Position numbers and translations under genes: made by a program
In this document: positions 44,157 through 57,085 of the stretch, piece after piece
Layout: every line of letters starts with the position of its first letter
Numbering within the stretch: the stretch's first letter is position 1
Source: a bacterium CG_4_9_14_3_um_filter_65_15
GTDB taxonomy: Bacteria > Krumholzibacteriota > Krumholzibacteriia > LZORAL124-64-63
NCBI GenBank assembly: GCA_002790835.1
Contig: PFVX01000079.1
Coordinates: forward strand, 3,130-67,129
Reading direction: 5' to 3'
Length of the DNA stretch: 64,000 nt
The notes under the pieces: generated by a model
Told to the model about the DNA's origin: nothing
The model's input: only the letters and a program-made list of their open reading frames with translations
Database searches by the model: none

Positions 44157-45947
44157 TTATTTCAGGGTGTAACACTCGGCGTCGATGATGCGGGCGGCGA
44201 TGGCGTCGTGCAGCTTGGCCCGGTTGACCGGGTCGTGCTTGGCCAGACGCCGCAGTCCGGCCACGTAGGTCCGCAACTCGTCGCCCTCCACCGTGGCCGC
44301 AAGCACGTTGCGCGCCAGGATCCCGACCTTGTCCATGGCCTCGTGCACGTACAGCGTCAGCATGTCGGCCATGGCCAGGGCGCTGTCCCCGCCGTCTGCG
44401 GCGGACTTCTTGAGCGTCCGCAGCCAACCGCTCTCGCAGGCGTAGGTCTGCATGATGATGTCGGCGCAGTCCGCGAGGACTTCCTGCTGGTTCTTCAGGT
44501 CCTGGCCGAACTTCTGGGCGGCCAGGCCAAGCACGGCCAGCACGACCTTCTTCATGTTGGCGATGAGCTTGCCTTCCTCTTCCATGAACTCCGGTTCGCC
44601 CGGTTCGCTGAACGACGGCAGGCCGGTCAGCTCCTGGGCCACCGCCTGGGCCGCCTGCAGGAAGGGCAACTCGCCGGTCATGGCCTTCTTCATGATCATG
44701 CCGGGGATGATCATCCGGTTGATCTCGTTGGTGCCCTCGAAGATGCGGTTGACCCGCTCGTCGCGGTAGTACCGCTCCAGGGGGTACTCCTGGCAGTAGC
44801 CGTAGCCGCCGAGCATCTGCACGCCCTCTTCGGCCGCCAGGGCCATGGCCTCGGTGGCGAAGACCTTGATCATGGAGCACTCGATGGAAAAGTCCTCGAC
44901 CTTTTGGATGCTCTGGTAGTCGAAGTCCGCTGCGCTCTTGTCCAGGGTGGCGATGGCGTCGTCGAGCAGGCCGGCGGTACGGTAGACCATGGACTCGGCC
45001 ACGAAGGTGTGGGCGGTCACCTCGGCGATCTTGCGGCGGATCAGACCGAAGTTGCACAGGGGCTGGCCGAACTGGTGCCGTTGTTTGGTGTAGGGCACGG
45101 TGTGTTTCAGGACGAGCTTGCAGCCGCCCACGGTGCTGGCGCCCAGCTTGAAACGGCCCACGTTGAGGATGTTGAAGGCGATGCGATGGCCTTTGCCGAC
45201 CTCGCCGAGTAGGTTCTCCACCGGGACCTTGACGTCTTCGAGGGTGATGGCGCAGGTGGAGGAGCCCTTGAACCCCATCTTCTTCTCTTCGGCTCCGATG
45301 GTCACGCCCTCGGCGCCGAGGTCGACGATGAAGCCGGTGAACTTGTCGCCGTCGATCTTGGCGAACAGGATCACCATCTCCGCGTAGCCGGCGTTGGAGA
45401 TGTACTGCTTGGTCCCGTTGAGAACGTAGTGCTTGCCGTCGTCGGTCAGCTTGGCGGTGGTGGCCGCGGCCAGGGCGTCGCTACCGCTGCCGGGTTCGGT
45501 CAGGGCGTAGCAGGTCAGCAGGTCGGCCGTGGCCAGGCGCGGCAGGTAATGCTTCTTCTGCTCCTCGGTGCCGAAGTACACGATGGGCAGGGTGCCGATA
45601 CCCGACTGGGCGCCGTGGGTGACGGCGAAGCTGCCGCTTTCGGCCATCTTCTCGCTGATCAGCATGATGGTGGCCTTGTCCGAACCCATCCCGCCGTAGG
45701 CCTCGGGGATGTCGGCCATGAGCAGACCCATCTCCGCGGCCTTTTTCAGCAAATCCTTGCCCAGCATGGTGTTGCCCTTGTACTCGAGCTCTTCCCGCAC
45801 CGGTTCGATGGTCCGGATGACGAAGTCCTCGACGGTCTGGGCGAACATGCGCTGGTTCTCGCTGAAATCCTCGGGAGTGAACACGTCCTGGGGAGCGGTC
45901 TCGCGCAGGAGGAATTCGCCGCCGGTGGGGTTCTTCTGGTCTGCCAT
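44157..45947 (-). CDS. Acyl-CoA dehydrogenase (long FadE-type with a C-terminal helical extension)
   Basis: YALTEPGSGSD...the catalytic region...ERYYRDERVNRIFEGTNEINRMII. An AAGGAG ribosome-binding site is 8 nt upstream of the ATG at 45947. Confidence 0.85.
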   Translation of the reverse strand: MADQKNPTGGEFLLRETAPQDVFTPEDFSENQRMFAQTVEDFVIRTIEPVREELEYKGNTMLGKDLLKKAAEMGLLMADIPEAYGGMGSDKATIMLISEKMAESGSFAVTHGAQSGIGTLPIVYFGTEEQKKHYLPRLATADLLTCYALTEPGSGSDALAAATTAKLTDDGKHYVLNGTKQYISNAGYAEMVILFAKIDGDKFTGFIVDLGAEGVTIGAEEKKMGFKGSSTCAITLEDVKVPVENLLGEVGKGHRIAFNILNVGRFKLGASTVGGCKLVLKHTVPYTKQRHQFGQPLCNFGLIRRKIAEVTAHTFVAESMVYRTAGLLDDAIATLDKSAADFDYQSIQKVEDFSIECSMIKVFATEAMALAAEEGVQMLGGYGYCQEYPLERYYRDERVNRIFEGTNEINRMIIPGMIMKKAMTGELPFLQAAQAVAQELTGLPSFSEPGEPEFMEEEGKLIANMKKVVLAVLGLAAQKFGQDLKNQQEVLADCADIIMQTYACESGWLRTLKKSAADGGDSALAMADMLTLYVHEAMDKVGILARNVLAATVEGDELRTYVAGLRRLAKHDPVNRAKLHDAIAARIIDAECYTLK

Positions 45948-45988
45948 GGTCTCTGCTCCTTGACTGCATGCGGGCCGTCGGGCCCGGT

Positions 45989-47173
45989 TTAGATCGCTGC
46001 GAAAACGCCGGCGGCTCCCATGCCCGTCCCGATGCACATGGTCACCAGGGCGTACTTTCCGCCGCGTCGGTTCATCTCGTTCAGGGCACTGACGGTCAAC
46101 TTGGCGCCGGTGCAGCCCAGGGGGTGGCCCAGGGCGATCGCCCCGCCGTTGGGGTTCAGGCGCTTGTCCTGTGGGTCGAGCCCCAGGCGCCCGCACACGG
46201 CCAGGCTTTGGGCCGCGAAGGCCTCGTTCAACTCGATGACGTCCATCTGGTCGAGACGCAGGCCCGTGGAGGCCATGACCTTGGGAATCGCCGCCACCGG
46301 ACCGATGCCCATGATGTCCGGTTCCACACCCGCCACGGCGTAGCCCACGAAACGGGCCAGGGGCTTGACGCCCAGTTCCGCGGCGAGTTCAGGGGTTCCG
46401 AGCAGCACCGCGGCCGCACCGTCGCTCATCTGGCTGCTGTTGCCGGCGGTCACGGTGCCACTCAGTTTGAATGCGGGGCGGAGCTTGGCCAGGGCCGCGA
46501 GGGTGGTATCGGCACGCGGGCCTTCATCCACGAGGAATTCCACTTCCCGGGTGATGGGGCGTCCCTTGGCGTCGGTGCCCGGCAGCTGGGCCATGACGGG
46601 GGTGATCTCCTCGGCAAAGCGTCCCTCGGTGATGGCCGCGGACGCCTTCATGTGGCTGGAATAGGAGAATTCGTCCTGGGCCTCGCGGGAGATGCCGTCG
46701 CTGACCACGAGGTTCTCGGCCGTGATGCCCATGTTGGTCAGGTACTGGGGAAACTCGGCCGCCAGGGTCGGGTTGGGCAGGTAGCGCAGACCGCCCATGG
46801 GAACCATCGTCATGGTCTCGACGCCGCCGGCGATGACGCAATCGGCCTGGCCGGTCATGATCTGGCGGGCGGCGATGTCGATGGTCTGCAGCCCCGAGCT
46901 GCAGAACCGGTTCACGGTCATGCCGGGTACGGTCACCGGCAGGCCGGCCAGCAGCGCGATGTTGCGGCCCACGTTCATGCCCTGTTCGCCCTCGGGCATG
47001 GCGCAGCCCATGATCACATCCCCGATGCGGGAGAGGTCCAGACCCGGAACCCGGGTCAAAAGATCCCGGACCACGGCGGCGCCCAGGTCGTCCGACCGGG
47101 TGTGACGCAGGCTCCCCTTGAGGGCCCTGCCCACGGCGGTGCGGCGGGCGGCGATGACAACGACTTCCTTCAT
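45989..47173 (-). CDS. fadA: 3-ketoacyl-CoA thiolase (acetyl-CoA C-acyltransferase)
   Basis: [10 protein letters not shown] (Cys), ...NEAFAAQ..., [11 protein letters not shown]. Confidence 0.88.
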   Translation of the reverse strand: MKEVVVIAARRTAVGRALKGSLRHTRSDDLGAAVVRDLLTRVPGLDLSRIGDVIMGCAMPEGEQGMNVGRNIALLAGLPVTVPGMTVNRFCSSGLQTIDIAARQIMTGQADCVIAGGVETMTMVPMGGLRYLPNPTLAAEFPQYLTNMGITAENLVVSDGISREAQDEFSYSSHMKASAAITEGRFAEEITPVMAQLPGTDAKGRPITREVEFLVDEGPRADTTLAALAKLRPAFKLSGTVTAGNSSQMSDGAAAVLLGTPELAAELGVKPLARFVGYAVAGVEPDIMGIGPVAAIPKVMASTGLRLDQMDVIELNEAFAAQSLAVCGRLGLDPQDKRLNPNGGAIALGHPLGCTGAKLTVSALNEMNRRGGKYALVTMCIGTGMGAAGVFAAI

Positions 47174-47191
47174 CCTCTTCTCCTTTGTCCG

Positions 47192-49564
47192 CTAGTTCCG
47201 CAGGGGTTTGCCCGTTTTCAGGATGTATTCCATGCGCTCGAGGGTCTTGCGCTCGCCGAGCAGGCGCATGAACGCCTCGCGTTCCAGGTCCAGCATGTGC
47301 TTTTCGGTCACCGTGGTGCCGGGCGGCACCGCTCCGCCGCTGATGATGCCGGCCAGGGCCATGCCGATCTTGCGGTCGTGCGTGCTGATGTAGCCGCCCT
47401 GCTCCATGTTGAACAGCACGGACTCGGCCAGGCCGAGACCCGCGGTGCCCATGACGGGGATGGCTTCGTCCGGGACGGGGGAGACGGAGTTGCTCTGGGC
47501 CAGGGCGAGGGCCAGGTCCTTGGCGTCGGCGGTCAGGTGGTCGCGGTTCATGGACCAGGAGTCGCCGGGGCGCAGGAAGCCCAGCTCGACCGCCTCTTCG
47601 CAGCTGGTGGCCACCTTGGCCGTGCCGATGGTCTCGAAGGTGCGGCGGAAGGCCGGTTGCAGGTCCTTCTTGTCCGTCAGCAACGCCACGTTGCGCTGGT
47701 AAAGGCGCAGGCAACCGCCGCCGGCGGGGATCACGCCCGCGCCGAATTCGACCAGGCCGATGTAGGTCTCGGCGGCGCAGCGCACGGCGTTGGCGCCCAT
47801 GGTCATCTCGCAGCCTCCGCCCAGGGCCATGCCCGAAGGCGCGCTCACCACCGGCACGCCGCAGTGTTCCAGGCGTCCGGTCGCGGTCTGGAAGGCGTGG
47901 ATGATGAGGTTGATGTCTTCCCAGTTGCCCTCGACGGCCTCCATCATCAGCATCATCAGGTTGGCGCCGACGGAGAAGTTGTCCGCGTCGTTGGCCACCA
48001 CCAGGGCGCGCCAGTTCCGCTCGGCCTCCGTGCAGGCGGTCATGACCATGTTCAGGGTGTCCTGGCCGATGGCGTTCATCTTGGAATGGAATTCCAGGCC
48101 CAGCACGCCGTCGCCCAGATCGACGAGGGAGGCGCCGGGGTTGCTCCGCACTTCCTTTTCGCCGCGGCGCAGGACTTCGAAGCGGACGGCCCGCTCGTCG
48201 CCGGGCACCGGCGCAAACACGCCCGGCTCGGCGGTGGGACTCTCCAGGATTCCGTCGGTGGTGCGGTAGATGGATTCGGCGCCGCTCTCGTACAGGGCGT
48301 CCACCCAGGCGGGCAGGGGCAGGGCGTCGGCGCGCATGCGCTCGACGACCTTGCGGAAGCCCAGGGTCTCCCAGGTCTGGAACGGGCCCTGCTTCCAGTT
48401 GAATCCCCAGCACACGGCCTGATCGATCTGCACGGCCTGGTCGCAGATCTCGCCCAGCCGCATGGCGCTGTAGGAGAAGGTTGCGGCCAGCATCTTCCAG
48501 ATGGCTTGGCCGGCCTTGCCCTTGCCGAAGGCCAGCATGCGCAGGGCCTCGGCCTTGTCCTCGATGCTCTTGGCCGCGGCCAGTTCACCGAAGGAGGCCT
48601 TCTGGGTTTCGCGGTACTCCAGGGCTTCGAGGTCCAGGGTGTGGAAGACCTTCTTGCCGTCCACCTTTTCCATCTTGTAGAAACCGGAGCCGGATTTGCG
48701 GCCCAGCAGGCCCTTGGTGATCATGGCGCGCAGGTAGTCGGGCACCTGGAAGATGTCGCGGGCCTCGTCGTCGGGAATCAGGGGCAGGATGTTGTCGGCC
48801 ACGTGGACGAAGGTGTCCAGGCCCACCAGGTCGGCCAGCTTGAAGGTGGCGGTCTTGGGGCGGCCGATGGCCGGACCGGTCAGGGCGTCGACCTCCTCGA
48901 TGGTCAGTCCCATCTCGTCCATGACCTTCACCGTGGCCATCATGGCGTGAACGCCGATGCGGTTGGCCACGAAGTTGGGGGTGTCCTTGCCCGGCACGAT
49001 GCCCTTGCCCAGACGGGTGCGGGCGAAGTCGGCCACGAAATCGGCGATGTCCGGGTCGGTTTCGGCGGTGGGGATCAGTTCGAAGAGCTTCATGTAACGG
49101 GGCGGGTTGAAGAAGTGAGTGCCCAGGAAGCGGGGCCGCAGATCTTCCGGCAACACCGAAGCCATCTCGCCGAGGGACAGGCCGCTGGTGTTGCTGCTGA
49201 AGATCGCCTCGGGGCCGATGTGCGGCGCTGCGTTCTGCAGGACGATCTTCTTGATCTTCATGTCCTCCTTGACCACCTCGATGACCCAATCGGCCTCCTT
49301 CAGGCGCGGCAGGTCGTCTTCGAAGTTGCCGATCTCGATCAGGGCCATGCGGCCGGCCGAGAACAGGGGGGAGGGCTTGGTCTTCTTGAGGGCCCCCACG
49401 GCCCCGGCGGCCACGGCGTTGCGGGAGGCCGGGTCATCCCCCGCACCGGGCGGGACGATGTCCAGCACCAGGGACGGGATCCCGGCGTTGGCGAAGTGGG
49501 CGGCGATGGCGCTGCCCATGACGCCCGATCCGAGCACGGCGACTTTCTTGATCTGCCTGCGCAT
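47192..49564 (-). CDS. Bifunctional 3-hydroxyacyl-CoA dehydrogenase (N-terminal) / enoyl-CoA hydratase (C-terminal)
   Basis: The N-terminal NAD fold VAVLGSGVMGSAIAAHFA and the 3HCDH core are followed by a crotonase-fold C-terminal half. Confidence 0.85.
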   Translation of the reverse strand: MRRQIKKVAVLGSGVMGSAIAAHFANAGIPSLVLDIVPPGAGDDPASRNAVAAGAVGALKKTKPSPLFSAGRMALIEIGNFEDDLPRLKEADWVIEVVKEDMKIKKIVLQNAAPHIGPEAIFSSNTSGLSLGEMASVLPEDLRPRFLGTHFFNPPRYMKLFELIPTAETDPDIADFVADFARTRLGKGIVPGKDTPNFVANRIGVHAMMATVKVMDEMGLTIEEVDALTGPAIGRPKTATFKLADLVGLDTFVHVADNILPLIPDDEARDIFQVPDYLRAMITKGLLGRKSGSGFYKMEKVDGKKVFHTLDLEALEYRETQKASFGELAAAKSIEDKAEALRMLAFGKGKAGQAIWKMLAATFSYSAMRLGEICDQAVQIDQAVCWGFNWKQGPFQTWETLGFRKVVERMRADALPLPAWVDALYESGAESIYRTTDGILESPTAEPGVFAPVPGDERAVRFEVLRRGEKEVRSNPGASLVDLGDGVLGLEFHSKMNAIGQDTLNMVMTACTEAERNWRALVVANDADNFSVGANLMMLMMEAVEGNWEDINLIIHAFQTATGRLEHCGVPVVSAPSGMALGGGCEMTMGANAVRCAAETYIGLVEFGAGVIPAGGGCLRLYQRNVALLTDKKDLQPAFRRTFETIGTAKVATSCEEAVELGFLRPGDSWSMNRDHLTADAKDLALALAQSNSVSPVPDEAIPVMGTAGLGLAESVLFNMEQGGYISTHDRKIGMALAGIISGGAVPPGTTVTEKHMLDLEREAFMRLLGERKTLERMEYILKTGKPLRN

Positions 49565-49630
49565 GCCATCCGCCTTTCATCGCGGGCCCGGCAGGATTTG
49601 GCGGGCCGGAGAGGGTGTGGGATCTGGAAA

Positions 49631-49647
49631 ATGAATAGGTATTCAGT
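49631..49647. promoter_or_regulatory. FadR (YsiA)-type operator-like palindrome ATGAATAGGTATTCAGT upstream of the beta-oxidation operon
   Basis: TGAATA-GG-TATTCA is a perfect inverted repeat. It resembles the Bacillus FadR box ATGAATGAnTAnTCATTCAT. It lies in the AT-richer divergent region between the fad operon and the TetR gene. Confidence 0.5.
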
Positions 49648-49789
49648 ACCATAAACTCTTTCGGCAAATCTGTCAATAGGTTTACGAAAAACTCGACAAT
49701 GGTCTTGTTTTCCTTAATGAAAGGCTTTATGATCCGATAAGATCCTTGCGAAATTTTGGCAACCCCCTTCGCCGGGGCCCGCGGAAACA

Positions 49790-50401
49790 ATGAATGGATA
49801 TTCACCGATGGCACGACGCAGCAGTGAAGACAAGAAGGAGCGCATCCTGGATGCGGCCACGGTGGAGATCGCCCGACACGGATATCACCAAACCACCGTA
49901 GCGGTCATCGCGCGGCGCGCCGGCGTGGCCGACGGCACCATCTACCTGTATTTCAAGAACAAGGAAGAGATTCTGGTCTCGCTCTTCGAGCGGGCCCTGG
50001 GCCGGTTCATCGCCAAGGGTCAGGAGCAACTGGAGGGGATGACCGGTGCGGCGGACAAGCTGCGAGCCATCGTCGATCTGCATCTGACCCTCGTGGGCCA
50101 GGACCGCGACCTGGCCATCATCACCCAGGTCGAGCTGCGTCACAGCCTGCATTTTCTGGAAGAGCTGTCCCGGGCCCAGGTGGGGGGATACCTGGCCATC
50201 ATCGCTCAGGTCATCGCCGAGGGCGTGGCATCCGGCCAGTTTCGCGCAGACCTGGATCCCGTGCTGGCGGGCAAGGCCGTGTTCGGCGTGCTGGACGAGA
50301 TGGCCACCGACTGGGTGCTCTCGCGCCGCAACACGCGGCTGGAAGCGAAGGCGCCGGAGGTGACGGAGCTGGTGTTGGGGATGGTTGCCAGCGGCGGTTG
50401 A
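49790..50401 (+). CDS. TetR-family transcriptional regulator (FadR/YsiA-like)
   Basis: HTH RILDAATVEIARHGYHQTTVAVIARRAGVADGTIYLYFKNKEEIL. It is divergent from the fad operon. An alternative start at 49808 is possible. Confidence 0.85.
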   Translation: MNGYSPMARRSSEDKKERILDAATVEIARHGYHQTTVAVIARRAGVADGTIYLYFKNKEEILVSLFERALGRFIAKGQEQLEGMTGAADKLRAIVDLHLTLVGQDRDLAIITQVELRHSLHFLEELSRAQVGGYLAIIAQVIAEGVASGQFRADLDPVLAGKAVFGVLDEMATDWVLSRRNTRLEAKAPEVTELVLGMVASGG

Positions 50402-50487
50402 ATCGCGTCCATTACCGATTGTAATTTCCTGCGATGATTTGATTCAGGATGCAAAAACTGCCACCCATGTGCCGTTTTCCGGCCGTC

Positions 50488-52416
50488 CTACATGGCCGGG
50501 ACCGGCAAGATCACCCTGATCGTCGTTCCCTCGCCGGGCGTGCTGTCCACCGCGAGAAATCCGTCGTGGCTGCGCACGATCCCCTGCACCGAACTCATCC
50601 CCAGGCCGCGCCCGGTGAACTTGGTGCTGAAGAACGGTTCGACCACCCGGTCTGCCGTGGCGGCATCCATGCCGCAGCCGTCGTCGGAGACTTCCAGGCA
50701 GACGAAGGCGGCGGGCGTCGACCCTGTTCCCGGATTTTCCAGATCGGCGACCAGAGGGTCGTCGGCCGCGACCCTGCGAGTTGCGATGCCGATCCGTCCC
50801 GATTTTTCGCCGATGGCCTCGCGGGCGTTGTTGACCAGGTTGAGGACCACCTGCTGCATCTGGCCGGGGTCCGCCCGTAGCACAGGCAGGTCTTCGGCCA
50901 GGTCGATGGTGAGGGTCGCGTGTTTGCCGCCGGAAATTTCCACCAGGTCGATCATGTTCCGGATCAGCGGGGTCAGGGCGACCTCCCGGGCGTCGAGGTT
51001 GGCCGAACCCGAATAGGCCAACATTTGCCGGCAGAGCTTGGCTGCCCTGCTGCCGGCTTCCTCGATGACTGCGAGGTGCTTGTGGAGGTCGTCGGGTCGG
51101 CCGACGTCTTCGTGGGCCAGGGAGGCGTGACCCAGGATGGCGGTCAGCAGGTTGTTGAAGCGATGGGCGATGCCTCCGGACAGCACGCCGAGACTTTCCA
51201 GGCGTTGGGTATGCTCCATATTCAAGGCCTGATCGGCCCTCTCCTGTTCGCGGAGCACCTGGGAGGTCACATCCTGGACCGTGCCCAGGGACCGCAGAGG
51301 TTTTCCCTCGCTGTCCCGTTCGGTTTGACAGCGTTCATGGACATGGCGGACCTGCTGGCTGCCGTCTGCGTCCCGCAGCAGCAAACGGTGCCGGATATTG
51401 TACGGAGCGTCCTGTTCGATATGGGCGGTGTAGGCCGCATTGACCCGCACACGGTCGTCCGGATGGATCGTGTCGAGGAAAGCCTCGTAGGAGGCGCCGA
51501 ATTTCTCGGAGTCGATCCCGAAGATCCGGTAGACCTCGTCCGACCACCACAAATTGTTTCCCCGCAAATCGAGTTCCCAACTGCCGATCCTGGCCAAGCG
51601 TTGGGCGGCCTGCAGGTTGCATTGCAGCCGTTTGAGTTCGGAGATGTCGGTCATGGCCAGGATAACCCGGCTCCAGTCCTCCGACGCGGTGGGAAAGAGG
51701 ATGAACGACAGGAGCACGTCCACGGGCGATCCGTCGGATCGTCGCACCTGGCCTTCGATGGCTGCTCGGGAAGATCCCTGGGCCAGTTGCGCGATCCCCT
51801 CGGCGAAGGTGGGATAGTCCGCTTCGTCGAAGACTTCGCCGAGGCCCAGCAGGGCGGTTTCCCGGTTCGGGATCCGACCGAGTGCGAGGGCGGCCCGGTT
51901 GACGTCCAGAATTCGCACCCGTGCGGCGCATTCCCTCAGGAGATCCGGATGGGACAGGAGATGGGCACGCAGGTCCGTGACGGCCCTTTGCTGGAGATCG
52001 TCAACGATTTCCTTGACCCCCGAGAGATCTTCCTCCCACAGGGGCACCGGCGACATATCGAACAGGGAGTGGTTCCGCTCTGCCGTGTCCAGGCACTGGA
52101 CCAGGATATGGTCCGACTGCTGCCAACGGATTGGTCGGCAACGGACTTCGACCGGGATTGCGGCCCCATCCTTGTGCCGCAGATCGGTCCGGCACGGCGA
52201 TGGTCCCGCCGCAACCGCGACGGCAGAGGCAGAGGGGAGAGCGAGGTCGGGAAAAAGGTCGGCGCTGGGGCGGCCCGGCAGCTCGCCCGGTTCATATCCG
52301 GACAGGCCACACAGACGCGCATTGACGAAAACGATGGACCCGTCCGCGCCCACGAGGCACACCGCTTCGGTGGAATGGGCAACGATGATATCCAGCAGAT
52401 CCCGGTCCGGATCCAT
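50488..52416 (-). CDS. Multi-PAS sensor histidine kinase
   Basis: Three PAS-like segments. The HisKA H-box is LSGGIAHRFNNLL. The HATPase_c N, G1 and G2 boxes are LVNNAREA, DDGCGM and GRGLGMS. Confidence 0.85.
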   Translation of the reverse strand: MDPDRDLLDIIVAHSTEAVCLVGADGSIVFVNARLCGLSGYEPGELPGRPSADLFPDLALPSASAVAVAAGPSPCRTDLRHKDGAAIPVEVRCRPIRWQQSDHILVQCLDTAERNHSLFDMSPVPLWEEDLSGVKEIVDDLQQRAVTDLRAHLLSHPDLLRECAARVRILDVNRAALALGRIPNRETALLGLGEVFDEADYPTFAEGIAQLAQGSSRAAIEGQVRRSDGSPVDVLLSFILFPTASEDWSRVILAMTDISELKRLQCNLQAAQRLARIGSWELDLRGNNLWWSDEVYRIFGIDSEKFGASYEAFLDTIHPDDRVRVNAAYTAHIEQDAPYNIRHRLLLRDADGSQQVRHVHERCQTERDSEGKPLRSLGTVQDVTSQVLREQERADQALNMEHTQRLESLGVLSGGIAHRFNNLLTAILGHASLAHEDVGRPDDLHKHLAVIEEAGSRAAKLCRQMLAYSGSANLDAREVALTPLIRNMIDLVEISGGKHATLTIDLAEDLPVLRADPGQMQQVVLNLVNNAREAIGEKSGRIGIATRRVAADDPLVADLENPGTGSTPAAFVCLEVSDDGCGMDAATADRVVEPFFSTKFTGRGLGMSSVQGIVRSHDGFLAVDSTPGEGTTIRVILPVPAM

Positions 52417-52511
52417 GCCGCCCCCAAGGTCGGAGGAAAGGATTATGATATTTCTTTACCCCATATCCGGAGGAACTTCAAGACAATCCCCTTTCAATTT
52501 CGAGCCGGCCA

Positions 52512-52820
52512 TCAGGCCACGACGACCTCGTAGCCTTCGAAATCCGGATGCCCGAGATACGTGCCTTCGGGGGCGCGGGATTTTCCGTGGGCGGCCCGGA
52601 ACTCCTCCGACTCGGTCCAGGCCAAGAAGGCTTCGCGGGAATCCCAGGTGGAATGGGAGATGAAAAGCGTGCCGCCGCCATCGAGCTCGGGGCCGCGCAG
52701 CAACTGGAAGGTCTGGAAACCCGGAACGGAGTCGAGACGGGACTCGCGGGTGCGCCAAACCTCTGCGAAACCGTCCTCGAATCCGGCGGCGATGCGGAAC
52801 CTGTTCATGGCGATATACAT
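52512..52820 (-). CDS. Antibiotic-biosynthesis-monooxygenase (ABM) domain protein
   Basis: 102 aa. MYIAMNRFRIAAGFEDGFAEVWRTRESRLDSVPGFQTFQLLRG... is a ferredoxin-like ABM fold. Confidence 0.7.
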   Translation of the reverse strand: MYIAMNRFRIAAGFEDGFAEVWRTRESRLDSVPGFQTFQLLRGPELDGGGTLFISHSTWDSREAFLAWTESEEFRAAHGKSRAPEGTYLGHPDFEGYEVVVA

Positions 52821-53024
52821 GATTGCAACTCCTTGATGGGGTGGCGATAACCATCGTCCGCCATGATAAGTGGGGAAAGGGAAGCCGGCACCCGGCCATG
52901 GATGATAAAAAAATAACAAAACTCCCTGGCCAACTTGCTTCCACGGCCTGGACGGACGATTTTCCCTACGCAGGCGGATGTGGTAGCCTGTGCCGAACCC
53001 GACCTGGCTGAAAGTGATGGTCCC

Positions 53025-54922
53025 ATGCCCGCTGCCGACAACAACTCTCGAACTTTCTCTCTGGGAGAGTTTCCCGTTCCGGACCCGGAAGCCTGGCGCA
53101 CCGAGGTCGAACGGCTGCTCAAGGGCGCGCCCTTCGAGAAAGCCATGCTCACCCGGACCCTCGAGGGCATCACCCTGGAGCCCATGCCCACGGCCCGCGA
53201 TACCGTCGATTTGCCCTGGCTGGGTTCGCTTCCCGGGCAGCAACCGTTCGTGCGCGGGTCGCGCTCCGGCGGATACCACGAGGCCCCGTGGCTCATCGCC
53301 CAGGAAATCCGGCTCCCTCTGCCGACCGAAGTGAACGCCGCCCTGCGCCACGACCTGGGCCGGGGGCAGACGGCCGTGAACCTGGTCCTGGATGCGACCG
53401 GCCGGGCCGGGATCGCCGTGGAGGATCTGCAGCCCTGTCTGGCCGGCGTGGATCTGCAGGGGATACCCGTGATGTTGGACGCTGGCCCAGCCTCCCGCGC
53501 TGCGGCTGCCGAGCTGGCCGAGCTTTGGAAACAAGCGGGGGTGGACCTTTCTTCGGCCACCGCCTACCTGGGTTGCGACCCGGTGGCCGGTCTGGCCCAG
53601 GAGGGCGGCTTGCCCCAGCCTGCCGAGCGGCTTTACGACCAGCTCGCGGAATTGACCCGCTGGGCCGCCGCGGCACCGCAGGTGCGGACCCTGCCCGTGC
53701 GGGAGACCGTCTGGCACGACGGGGGCGCCGACCACGCCCTCTCCCTGGGGCTGACCCTGGCCGGAGCGGCCCATGCGTTGCGGGAGATGGAACAGCGCGG
53801 CATCGATCTGCAGGAGGCGGTGGGCCGGATCCATTTCCATGTCTGCGTCGACGCCGATTTCTTCATGTCCCTGACCAAGTTGCGGGCCCTGCGCCTGCTG
53901 TGGAGCCGGATGCAGTCGGCCGCGGGCCTCGATCCCCAGGCCGCCTGGATCCACGCGCGCACCAGCCGGCGCATGGCGTCGTTTCTGGAGCCGTATCCCA
54001 ACCTGCTGCGGGGCACCACCGCGGCCATGTCCGCCGTGCTGGGCGGCGTCGAAAGCCTGCACGTCGATCCCTTCGCTGCCCCAGCAGCGGGTCAGCCGGA
54101 TGAGTTCGGCCGGCACCTGGCCCGCAACGTGCAACTGATCCTGGCCCACGAATGCCACCTGGGCCAGGTCACCGATCCGGCCGGGGGCGCCTGGCATCCG
54201 GAGAAGCTCACCGCCGACCTCGCGGCCCGGGCCTGGGAACATGTGCGGGCGGTGGAGCAGGCCGGAGGCGTCATCCCCGCCCTGCGCAGCGGATTGATCC
54301 AGGAAAAGGTCTCCGCGGCCGCTGCCGAACGTCGCCGGCGGCTGTCCACCGGGAGGGACGCCATGGTGGGCGTGAACCGGTATTGCGATCCTGGCACCAT
54401 CCTAGCCAAGCCCTCACCTGCGGATCTGGTGGACACCCCGCCGGAGTCGCAGATGGTTGATCCGATCCGCGCGCGGCGGGACGCCGAACCGTTCGAAGCC
54501 ATCCGGCGGCGGGTGTTGTCCGGTGGCGAGCGGCCGGCCACGCGGGTCGGGTGCATCTGTCTGGGGGACCCCGCCCGCTACATGCCCCGGCTGGATTTCG
54601 TGCGGGGATTTTTTCAGGCGGGTGGCTTCACCGTGGTTCTCGGTGATTTCGCCGAGGCCCCGGATGATGCGGCCCGGCTGGCCGAGCAGGCGAACGCCTC
54701 GACCCTGGTCATCACCGGGCTGGACGAGACCTATGCCGAACAAGCCGCCGCGCTGGCCGGTCTGCTGAAGAAGATGGGTCCGCAGCCGCGAGTTCTGCTG
54801 GCCGGCCAACCCGGCCCACGGGAAGAAGAGTGGCGAACCGCCGGGGTGGACGAATTCCTGCACGCCGGCAGCGACATGCTCGATGTGCTGGCTCGAACGG
54901 CCGCCGGCACGGAGGTTTCGTC

Positions 54923-54926
<4 letters not shown>
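53025..54926 (+). CDS. mutA: Methylmalonyl-CoA mutase small (beta, non-catalytic) subunit
   Basis: Overall MCM-family similarity without a catalytic B12 domain. It is translationally coupled (ATGA) to mutB. Confidence 0.7.

Positions 54927-57081
<2,155 letters not shown>

Positions 57082-57085
<4 letters not shown>

Noticed and set aside
45968-49654. 1228-aa plus-strand ORF
   Set aside because: It is antisense to the fadA and fadB-like genes. The sequence is Gly/Ala/His/Asp-rich and repetitive, with no motifs. It is a GC-rich antisense artefact.
52821-53024. Possible cobalamin riboswitch upstream of mutA
   Set aside because: No B12-box (GCCACTG-like) or conserved riboswitch stems were found.
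52821-54242. Upstream 470 aa of the 576-aa minus-strand ORF 52512..54242
   Set aside because: Only the last 102 codons (the ABM domain) look like protein. The rest is antisense to mutA.
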